Shown here piece by piece: positions 54,501 through 64,000 of a stretch of DNA of 64,000 nt. Numbering within the stretch: the first letter of the stretch is position 1; each line of letters starts with the position of its first letter. The notes below the pieces were generated by a model. It was not told the origin of the DNA and did no database searches. It saw only the letters and a list, made by a program, of their open reading frames with translations. The DNA lies in the NCBI GenBank assembly GCA_965153355.1, contig OZ231126.1, forward strand, positions 20,212,001 to 20,276,000. Direction: 5' to 3'. The translations under genes were made by a program, and so were the position numbers. Origin of the DNA: Flaccisagitta enflata (Eukaryota).

Positions 54501-57500
54501 GTATGTGGGTGTGTATGTGTGTATATCACTTTTTGTGTATGTATGAGTATTGAGTAAAGAGTGCTTTAAGTGTTCATTTTTTAGTTTATAGGTTCGCAGG
54601 TTTTATCAATAAACTATTCATCGTATTTGACAGTGATCAAATTTGTAAATTTGTATTGGAAAAGCTGAAAAAAAATTTTTTTGTTCTTAACAAAAAGGCA
54701 GAATCATAAAAATTGTTTTCAATCAGAGCATTACATTAAATCATCATTTTCTTTTATAGTTTAAATGTGCGGTATGGCATTGAATTTGTGTATGTCTTCA
54801 GTTTTCAGCAAATTTTCTTTTTTGAGGTGGTGAAATACAAGATTCCTGTATTGTTTGCATGGTACAAAAATTAACAATAAACGGTGATTGATATGAAATT
54901 TTAACTGAGGGTCGATGATTAATGATTTCATTAACTGTTAGCATCGATAATACCATTCAGCCCCAAAAATCAACTTACTTCCTCAAACGCTCATGAGAAA
55001 AAAGGAAATCTAAAAAGTTCTGCAGGTCGCAAAAAGCCGAAAGAACTTCGTTTCTTCGACTTTTTTCCAAATCGACGTTAAACATACGCAAAGGAATCGG
55101 TTCCAATGGCGAAGTCTCGCTGTCGCTCGGGGTCTCCTCGGCGCCCGCTCTTCCTCTCTCTCCTCCTCTCCGCTTCTCTGCTCTTCTCTCGCCTCTCGAC
55201 GATTCCGGCCTTCTTCCTGGACTAAAGCGCTTTTGATCGTGTGACGGCGAGATTTCTCGTGATCTTGGACCAACATCTTTGTACCTGAGTTTGTTAGTAC
55301 CAGTATTATATAGCCGCCCGTATAGGTCAGAATGTTCATCTTAATAAACGTGGACAGATGCCATATGGACCAAAGAGGTGTATACTAGCTCAGGCTAGCA
55401 GATTACTTTACCGTGTTTGAGCGGGGGAAAGTTAGTCAACCGCAACATTTCTTTAAACAAAATTAATGAAATAAATGACTAACACAAGGGAGAAAAACAA
55501 AACTTCGTTATTTTTTATAGTGTATAGATTAAACGCTTTATGGATCAAAAGAGATATTGACAGGAAGCTTGATATTTTTCCGCACACGCAGCTTAGTTGG
55601 TTGGGCTTTCTACAAACAAAAAGTTATTCTACTTATTTTACGAGTTCTGCTTATCATACAAGTGACGCGGGGTCGCGGACGGGTGGGCAGGGGCATCTAA
55701 TACCCAGCCTCACCCTCCCACCTTCCAACCCCCCCCCCACACACACACAAACAACTGCAGCATCATGAATGCGCGTTTTTCCGCGTTTTCAACACGATCG
55801 ATGGACCAATGGATGGACCAACAGGCGGACAAAACCGTTTATAGAATTGCTAATCCGCGACTTAAAAAAGTATCAGTGAAAATTCGAATTATTAAGCAAT
55901 CTGGGTCCAGGCTTGACGCGATAAGTAAGTTGCTCAATGTTATTTTAGTAACAAGAATTCATAAGATGCTGAGGACACAATAAGATTCAGATGAAAAGAA
56001 TACGGTAAGCGATTGTAGCATTCAGGTTTGTTTTGATTGGAGGCCAGCAAACTTATTGCTTTTTCGTCGATATGCATCCATTCACTTGTTCATTCATGCA
56101 TTCATTCTTTCATACATTCATTCATTCATTCATATATTCATTCTTTCAATCATTCGTGCATTCATTAATCCATTCATTCATTGCATTTATTCATTCATTC
56201 AGTCAATTCATTCATTCAGTCATTCAGTTATTCATTCATTCATTCAATAATTGATACATTCATCAATTCATTCATTTGTTCATTTATTCATCATTTATTC
56301 ATTCGATCATTCATTTATTCAATTATTTATTCATTCATTCTTCATTTTTTCATTCATTCACTCATTTTTTGGTGCGACAAAGCACCTCTATAACTGGCTG
56401 TGTCCGTCGGTCGGTCGGTTGGTCGGTCGGTCGGCTGGTCGGTAACGCATTCGTTCGACGATCCACACGTCGCACCTATTGGCCTACTTGGCTTTGTTTC
56501 ATTAAAGCATTCTTAAAGAATATATTTCATTGGGAAGAAACGCCGCATTGTCTTTTGCTTTAAAGGATAAAAGAGAGTGAGTCGGGGTGCAATCGAAGAC
56601 AAAATTTGATCAGTTAACATGGTTTTTTAACAATATCATAGACATTGTTGATTTATATATTTCATCAATGAAAAATGATTATAAGTTTATGTTTAGATTT
56701 TTTTTTTGCATTAAAAACTAAATTTGTATTCAAAGTAACTGTGAAATGTAGGGATAAATGTCCAAAAAAAGGAAGTTTTTTTAAAAAATCTTGTTTTATA
56801 ATCTGACATATCTTTTGGAAAAATTATAAGTTTGGATAGAGATTCAAAAATTATCATTTTCAAAAACATGGCGTCTTTCTAAGTCATGGTGAACGGGAAC
56901 AGGAAATTTTGGTTTCATTTAAATTTTTGCTTGTGATATGGATTTATAATAAAAAAACAATATTAGGATTTAAGTTAAGTATTTTTGATATAATCTATAA
57001 GGTGCTTTACAAATGTTTTTAAACCTAGAATACTGACTACTGTTGTATGACGATCAAAAATAAAAATCCAATGTTAGAAAAATGATAAAGAAAATTTAAA
57101 AACGTTGTTAGGTGAAATTATATCATGGCCTTAGAAAAGAAAATTTTGCATTTCTAAGAACATGGCCCTTTTTCTATATGTTTTTAAAAAAAGGCCATGT
57201 GTTTAGAAAAGCATTTTTCTTTATTTCTATGTAATGATATAATTTCACTTAACAGGAGTGAGATGACAAAGTATAATTTTTTATAAAAATCTTCTTTTTT
57301 CTACCTTTTTTCAATACATTATGTACAACAAATCTGTACATCAAAGATTATCTAAGCAAAAATTTATTGTTCAGCATTCAAAAAATGTTTTTTCAATAAA
57401 AGAAATTAAGAAAAAATAATGTAAAAAATATAAAAAAAATTATAATGACGCATGAAATTTCTTCTTCCCGTACACTGCGTCCTAAAGACTCATGAGATGA

Positions 57501-58051
57501 GGGCCATGTGATTAGAAATGCAAAATTTTGCATCCAGAAGCAGAGTTATAATTTTACTTATTAACTTTCTGAACTTTTCCTCTCATTTTTTAGAATGATT
57601 TTAGAATAATTTTAGAATAATTTTATAATAATTTATTGAATAACTTTGGTCTTTATGAACATACAATAGAAACTGTTCATATCATTATCATTTCTTTTTA
57701 TTCTTAAAAAAATCAGAAATATATATATATTTTTTTTTAATTTTTCCCTACTAGGATAACTATATATATATATCAATTCATTGTGACTGAAAATCAAATT
57801 TTGTCTTCGTTTGCACCCCGACGTAACAACAAACACATATCACCAAAATTATCACCGGTTATACTAACCCCGGTGGTGGTTCTTGTTGTTCGGGGATCAC
57901 AACAATTTTTCCTTCTTCGGTGGTGAAATAGCGCCCCTGTTCACGGGGCGGCCGACCCTCACCACGAACAGGGTGGCAAAACATGCACTCGCAAGGCTGA
58001 GCATCTGCCAAACTCATCAGACCACCTGTTAGGAAATGAAGACACACAGAG

Positions 58052-58127
<76 letters not shown>

Positions 58128-58562
58128 GAGAGAGAGACAGAGAGAGAGAGACAGACAGACAGAGAGACAGAGAGAGAGACAGAGAGAGAGAGACAGAGAG
58201 GTAGAAAGACAGACAGACAGCACACACTCACACCTTTGCTGCCCTCTTTCCTGCACGGGCAGTCTCCACATTTGCACTGTCCCCAACTGGAATTGGGGCG
58301 GTTTGCCGTCGTCTTTGTCTCTTTGTTCGTTTCCGGAAGTGAATTCGCGCCACTTAGCCAGGTGGCAGTGCGGCAAGAAACTCCGTCTCTCGTTGGGCAA
58401 GTCGGCGAACAAAAGTCGTGCGGAACGACGTCGAAATTCAAAGCGGCGCTCTTTTGAAATACGCAAGCGGGGAAAGCCAAAACAAGATAAAGAAAGAAGA
58501 ATGGATGGACAGACAAACGAACGGATCGACAGATTGAGCCTTCATCCAATGCATACAACAAT

Positions 58563-58615
<53 letters not shown>

Positions 58616-58658
58616 CCACAACCACAACCACAACCACAACCACAGCAACAGCAACAGC

Positions 58659-58711
<53 letters not shown>

Positions 58712-59583
58712 CTCCCAAGTTTCCAGCACCTTCTTCGAGTTGCGATTTTCGCCACGTTGACTCTCGTTTGCTTTCGGCTGGCTCTTTCTTTCCTTCCCCT
58801 CTTCCACTTTTCCCCCTCTATCTTCATCCTCCTCTTCCTCTTCCTCTCTGGCCATAAGCTTCCTCCACCCTCCGCTTCCATCCCTCGTCATCTCGCTCCC
58901 TCTTCCTCCATTTCTTCCTCCACTTCGCCTTCTCCCACCTTCGACGTACGGACCGTGGATTCCGTCGTGCTGTATGTCTCTGAAGATTGGAAAATCATCC
59001 CTTTTCCAATGGACGCCTGAAGACGGAAGGTTGACAATTAATTTTAATTCACGTGCTCCCTTGAGCACGTCGCGGATACTGAACATTGATTGTTCAAACA
59101 AACCTGCATCCACATCCGACGATACTCGGTTTAAGTTTGCCTCACTCTGACTTGACGTCACGTCCCTGTAATGGATGATAGCGCAGGATCGTGGCGGTTG
59201 AAACGTATTTTGTCAGCCTCTGCATGACTCAAAGTCAAACTCCATGCAAGCGCTTAAAGTTTTTAGTTGCGGGAACTTTGTCTGTCCGTCCGTCCGTCGG
59301 TCTGTCCCTTTTTCAGTGCGTGGAAACGCGCATTTAAGTGCCAGTCGGAAATGCGTATGCGCGCGTGTTAAACGAGTGTATGAGGCGGGGGTTGTAACCA
59401 CGGGTCACTTAATCAATAATTACTTGGCTCAAGTATCGTTTTGTTTATTTCACCTGTGCTTCCTTTCGAATCTTCTCAGATTTGGATGAGATCGAGATCT
59501 TCCACTTAGTCTTAAAAAGAGTCAAAACATGTGTCAAACTGTCAATGAGTAGAAAATTGGTTCCCTCTTCTCTTTCATTCTTC

Positions 59584-59646
<63 letters not shown>

Positions 59647-60288
59647 GCTTTCTTTCTTTCTTTCTTTCTTTCTTCTCCACCCTGCTTTCTTTGGTCATGA
59701 GTCTTTTTTCTCCTCTCCCACTTTTCGTCTCACCGAGCTCTCCTCTTGTTCGGGCCCTCAGATGATACGTCATCATCATCATCCTCATCTTGTGAGGAGG
59801 TCGTCGTGGTTGTCGCCGCTGAACTCAGATTCCGTCCACGGTGTCCTCTTTTCTTGACTTCTACGCGTCCACTCTTCCGAAGGCGACTTTTCCTCTTGGA
59901 GTTGTTTGAAGCGGACTTCGATTTGTCGCGATTGTTTGGAGGTGGATCAAAACAACCTGCGATATGGGAAGACGCAACTTATTCGATACTTACACTCAAT
60001 ATTTGACTTTTTTCATGTGTCCTGTCTGTATGCCTGTCTTTCTGCCTCCTCATCTGTCAACGTGATCGTTCTGTAGATGCAACAGACAGACAGACGGACA
60101 AAGCCTTTTATAGGGTTGCGTGCCCGCAACTAAAAAGTTGTGTTCGGTCAGTTGAAGACCTTTTTTCTTAGCAAATTCCGTCAGTTGTTTGACTAAATTT
60201 AAGTCGAAGGTGGGAATTCGTTGAGTCAATTTTTCTGTCTCGAATTTCCGGGCTTCGCAAAACGGCGTGCAAGGCTCGTGTGTCGGGT

Positions 60289-60355
<67 letters not shown>

Positions 60356-63300
60356 GTTTGACGTTTGACGTTTATAATTGCTCAATAATGCGCATTAAAC
60401 ACACAAACAATAATTGTTTTTGAGCTGTACAGTGTACAATGATTACATCATTTTTCATGAAATAAATAAGTAAATAAATTACATGGGTAATTCTAAGTCA
60501 GATTAAATATAATCATGGGGAAATGAAAAGGTACAGTAAGATTAAATCATTTCTCGCACTGTGCCATTTGCATTATGGGTGTTCCATACTTTTTCAATAT
60601 TGGTTAGTACATTTCTTACGCGGGTAACATCCTGGGTGAATACTTCATTGAAATTTGTCTCAGGTCGCGGTTCGTCCTGTGTCTTGTAAAGAGGACATTT
60701 GTTCAGTCTATGTTCCTCATCATCAAGTACATTGCAGGATTTACAAGTTTCACCCAGGCTTCCTTTGTAATTTCTACCACAGTGGAGCATTCCATAACGG
60801 GCTATGACTAAAGATTTGCATTCCTGTTTTGATAAATGTTTGAATGAAGGATTCATTTCTCTATTGTAATAGGGGTCTGAGATGGCGTCAATTATGCTGA
60901 CAGTCTTTGTCTTTGGTATCTCGACTCCTTCTTGCGTTTTATGGCAGTCAGAGTAAAGGCGTTTTTTGTTGGCTTGTTCCATTTTGTCTTTGACTATCTT
61001 AGCCCATGTGCGTCGCGGGATAGATGTGATAGTCGCCAGGTCTGTGGGCATTTCATGCTCGTTTAGAGTCTCCATTATGGTCTTGTACCAACCCATATTT
61101 TTTGATTGTAGAACCATCAGTGTTTGCTTCGTCCAATGACTGTACCTTTTTAGAATCTTATGGAGGTACAATAATTGTTTCTGGTGGATTCTAAATCTTG
61201 TGTACAGTAGTCCAAATGTAAAGATAATGGCCGGGGTGGGAGTGTGTACAGGGAGGTTAAACAATTGCTTGATAGCTTGAAGTTCAATCCGTTCTAGATT
61301 ATCCATTTCCCCTTTATTCAGGTTCCAAGATTCTGCGTTGGTAAGGAGACTGGGAATGTTGATTTTCTCATGCAGTTCTAGTAGAACATATGCCTCCATC
61401 AAACACATGACGTCGCTTGCCGCAATAGAATTTATATTCATTGTTGTTATTTTCAGTTTATTTTTCCTGGATTCTATGTTCTCTGCATTTTTTCCGTCGC
61501 AAGTAACATAGTCTCCCAGATATTTGTACGATGTACATTCATCAATGGTGAGGTCACCAAGTTTCCATTCTATGTCTTTTTGTTCATGCCGGCCAACTCT
61601 CATGACTTTACATTTCGCTTGGCCCCATTTTATCTTGTGTCTCGTGGCAAACTCATCAATTTTCTTCAGGATTATTTGCTGTTCTTCTTCGCCTACTGCA
61701 AAGGTTAACACGTCGTCAACCCACAAGAGAACAGCGATGACAAGATCCATTGAAAGGTTAAATCCCATTCCGGTCTCATTTAGCTCCTCTGAGAGGGTAT
61801 CCATGAGTTTGGAGAATAGTCTGCCTGTGAGACTGGACCCTTGGCGACCTCCAATTTCCATGTCAAAGGTTCTAGTCATGCCAAATCTGGTTTTTGCAGT
61901 TGCTTTTAATTCTTTAGTTAGATTCCGTAAGATTCGCCATGACTTACCACGGAATCCGCTTTTCCATAGTACGGCTAACATGTGGTCATTTTCAATGTTG
62001 TCGTACGCCTTTTGGACATCATAGAAGGTCAAGAAGGTTGGTTTCTTTTCCTTTATTGATATTTCTATGATAGACCTTGTGAGGAAGAGGTGATCACAGG
62101 TTGATGCTCCTCTACGTCCTCCTCCTTGAGCTTGTGTGAAGCGGACCACACTTTCTATCCTTCTATCAATCAGTTGGTCCATGATTGTACCAATTGACGA
62201 TGAGGTAGTAATTGGTCTATAATTACTCAGGTCCTCGCGATCGCCTTTACCTTTATGCACACTGGTTATATGACCAGTGTTCCAGTCAGATGCTGCTTGT
62301 TCATCATTAAAAGAAGTTTGTATAAGTGGCGCAATTATTGGGATCATTGCATCACCGGGTCTTTTCAACATTTCATTTTTTATGTCAGTCATAGACTTGC
62401 CATTCTTTTTGTTGTTTATGATCTCGGTGATTTCTTCCACGGTAGGAGTTTCATTTATCCGAAGAGACTCATAGTCTCTGTTTTCTTCAAATTCCTTTAT
62501 TTCAGTCTCAAGTTGTTGGTGATACGGATGAGACTTAGTGGGTTTCTTTTTATATAAGGTTTCATAGTGGGTTGCTGTTGATTCTTTGATTGCATGAGGT
62601 GAGTATTGTCTGATACCATTTTTGTCTTTTACAACCATGGCTTCGGTTGTTGGGTCTCTTGTGAGTTGTTTTTTCAAGTGCCAGAATGAATCTTGTGTTG
62701 TATCCTGTAGAATCCTGTCGAGTTTCTTTTTTGTTTGTTCTTTTTTCTCTTTTCTGATCTGGTCATTTATACTATCTTCGATGGCCTTATATTCGGTTAT
62801 AAGGCCCTTTCTTACTTCTTTGTCTGCTTCTTTTTTAATCTTTTTCTTTAGTTCTCTTTTCTTTTTTCTTAGTTTTCGTACTTCTTTTGATGGTTTGAAT
62901 GGTGCGCCAAGTTTGATTGTAGTTTTGCCTATGGTTTTTCGAGCGGCATTTTGAATTACATCAGAGACACGTTTGTATTTCTGGTTAAATGTTAGCCCTC
63001 TGTTTGCTAGTATGGACTGTGTGAGTCGATGGCGTCTCTTTAATTGATTTTTATATTCCTCCCACTTTGTAGATGACGCTCTGAGATTCCAGTTAGTGGT
63101 CTTTTTCACTTTAGGTTTCTCAATGCTTTCAATTTCGAGGGAGACTGTTATAGTATTATGGTCCGTTTCATTCCGTCCCTTTATCTTGTGTAGCCCTTCT
63201 TCGTCAATGGTCATATTAGTCACCCAATTTGCCATCTCTTGGTTACACAAGACAAAGTCTATGGCAGAAAATTCGTTTTCGTTTTTTGTATTGACCCTGG

Positions 63301-63378
63301 TTACGGCACCTTTGCATTTTTCATTTTGGTTGAGTAGGGACAGATTATTTTCTTTAAATAAATCTATCTATCTATCTA

Positions 63379-63410
<32 letters not shown>

Positions 63411-63802
63411 CGATTAAACAAAAGCCTTGATAGACAGACACATTTGTTGAATATTGGTTAACTAGGTAACAATCATTTGCCCTTACTACTTTTGGTAAGC
63501 TGTTTGCATTTGGGGTAGATGAGAGTGGTTGCTTTTCAGATTAAGTTTTATGGAAAACTAGTAGTGGTGCGCCCATTAACTAGTCAGTGAGAGTTCACAA
63601 GGCTCTCTTCCATTAATTTCAGCTTGGGTATAGTGAGGGATATTGTTCCACCTATCATACAGACGCAAGAGAAAGAGAAATACAATCAAGCTGATGGGTC
63701 AGATTGCCGATTGAAACATAGGATGAATAGATAGACGTAGATGAAGAAGAAGAAGAAGAAGAAGAAGAAGAAGAAGAAGAAGAAGAAGAAGAAGAAGAAG
63801 AA

Positions 63803-63834
<32 letters not shown>

Positions 63835-63900
63835 AGAAGAAGAGCAAAGGCGGAGTAAAAGAAGGCGATCATAAATCTCGGTACCGCGAGTGGTCATCAT
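46325..63900 (-). CDS. Kelch-repeat protein ~1180 aa, 19 exons, long low-complexity N-terminus, no visible BTB
   Basis: Exons 63900-63885, 60288-60160, 59956-59734, 59165-58730, 58450-58234, 58025-57869, 55284-54979, 53619-53311, 53164-53136, 52302-52195, 51940-51600, 51425-51242, 51029-50855, 50442-50206, 48775-48504, 48046-47978, 47819-47709, 47022-46902 and 46427-46325 join in frame with GT-AG introns. Six GG..Y/F..W Kelch motifs (VVAGGY, IYIIGG, IYAVGG, VVAGG, ILAGG, FYVGG). The N-terminal exons are less certain. Confidence 0.8.
46748..46877. mobile_element. hAT-type MITE (130 bp), intronic
   Basis: TIR TAGGGATGTGGA.GCG and perfect 8-bp TSD ttaccgac. Confidence 0.92.
47255..47670. repeat. 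(CTTT)n microsatellite
   Basis: Directly visible; intronic. Confidence 0.95.
48182..48452. repeat. (AAC)n microsatellite
   Basis: Directly visible; similar runs at 48961-49046, 50607-50835 and 58555-58712. Confidence 0.95.
54038..54156 (-). mobile_element. HINE/DINE-like element, family 1
   Basis: Complete copy with sub-TIRs and 3' hairpin. Confidence 0.8.
56075..56364. repeat. Degenerate (ATTC)n microsatellite
   Basis: Directly visible. Confidence 0.9.
60354..63362 (-). mobile_element. 5'-truncated non-LTR retrotransposon (LINE) in Kelch-gene intron 1
   Basis: Open frame from the APE C-terminus (SAIDFVL, TDHN) through RT to a CCHC motif; 3' tail (AAACGTC)n; (GA)n on both sides. Confidence 0.92.
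60542..63250 (-). CDS. LINE ORF2 (endonuclease C-terminus, reverse transcriptase, CCHC knuckle), 5'-truncated
   Basis: KGKGD...NYRPIT, FYDVQKAYD, RQGSSL, WVDD, YKYLG, CKSC...DEEH....C; no internal stops; the frame stays open upstream to ~63360. Confidence 0.93.
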   Translation of the reverse strand: MCNQEMANWVTNMTIDEEGLHKIKGRNETDHNTITVSLEIESIEKPKVKKTTNWNLRASSTKWEEYKNQLKRRHRLTQSILANRGLTFNQKYKRVSDVIQNAARKTIGKTTIKLGAPFKPSKEVRKLRKKKRELKKKIKKEADKEVRKGLITEYKAIEDSINDQIRKEKKEQTKKKLDRILQDTTQDSFWHLKKQLTRDPTTEAMVVKDKNGIRQYSPHAIKESTATHYETLYKKKPTKSHPYHQQLETEIKEFEENRDYESLRINETPTVEEITEIINNKKNGKSMTDIKNEMLKRPGDAMIPIIAPLIQTSFNDEQAASDWNTGHITSVHKGKGDREDLSNYRPITTSSSIGTIMDQLIDRRIESVVRFTQAQGGGRRGASTCDHLFLTRSIIEISIKEKKPTFLTFYDVQKAYDNIENDHMLAVLWKSGFRGKSWRILRNLTKELKATAKTRFGMTRTFDMEIGGRQGSSLTGRLFSKLMDTLSEELNETGMGFNLSMDLVIAVLLWVDDVLTFAVGEEEQQIILKKIDEFATRHKIKWGQAKCKVMRVGRHEQKDIEWKLGDLTIDECTSYKYLGDYVTCDGKNAENIESRKNKLKITTMNINSIAASDVMCLMEAYVLLELHEKINIPSLLTNAESWNLNKGEMDNLERIELQAIKQLFNLPVHTPTPAIIFTFGLLYTRFRIHQKQLLYLHKILKRYSHWTKQTLMVLQSKNMGWYKTIMETLNEHEMPTDLATITSIPRRTWAKIVKDKMEQANKKRLYSDCHKTQEGVEIPKTKTVSIIDAISDPYYNREMNPSFKHLSKQECKSLVIARYGMLHCGRNYKGSLGETCKSCNVLDDEEHRLNKCPLYKTQDEPRPETNFNEVFTQDVTRVRNVLTNIEKVWNTHNANGTVREMI

Positions 63901-64000
63901 AGTTCCGGGCAAGATTTGCAGCCTCAGGAGGAAAGGCCGTCAGCAGTGAGACGGTCAACAATCACCTTGAATAGGCAAATAGAGCATTGCATATCTACTG

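Noticed and set aside
61524-62954. Plus-strand ORFs inside the LINE (likewise those antisense to the transposase)
   Set aside because: Antisense shadows of the real minus-strand ORFs.

Overview
Eukaryotic DNA, most likely an invertebrate animal (spliceosomal introns, abundant microsatellites and short interspersed elements); the species cannot be called from sequence alone. The window has two regimes. (1) About 1-20.5 kb is gene-dense. It holds an intact, spliced CMC/EnSpm(CACTA)-type DDE transposase with N-terminal C2H2 fingers (4929-1677, ~1045 aa) and about ten further compact, nearly all co-oriented minus-strand genes I cannot assign to known host families. Two of these are paralogous tandem MYND-like/zf-C6H2 zinc-finger genes sharing an intron position, one carries a CK2-beta-like motif, and one is split by a hAT MITE. 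The block ends at a candidate CACTG terminus (20499), after which ordinary host repeat landscape starts. I interpret it as one arm of a giant (>20 kb) cargo-carrying EnSpm-like transposon whose other end lies outside the window (inference). (2) About 20.5-64 kb is repeat-rich host DNA with Helentron-associated (HINE/DINE-like) elements, several MITE families, fragmented LINEs and a 5'-truncated LINE with an intact RT ORF. It also contains a partial + strand Cys-rich single-pass membrane protein gene and a manually reconstructed 19-exon, ~1180-aa C-terminal Kelch-propeller gene on the minus strand, plus an orphan paralogous copy of that gene's last exon 17.6 kb downstream. All gene models were built by eye from splice signals and reading-frame continuity; no database searches were run.
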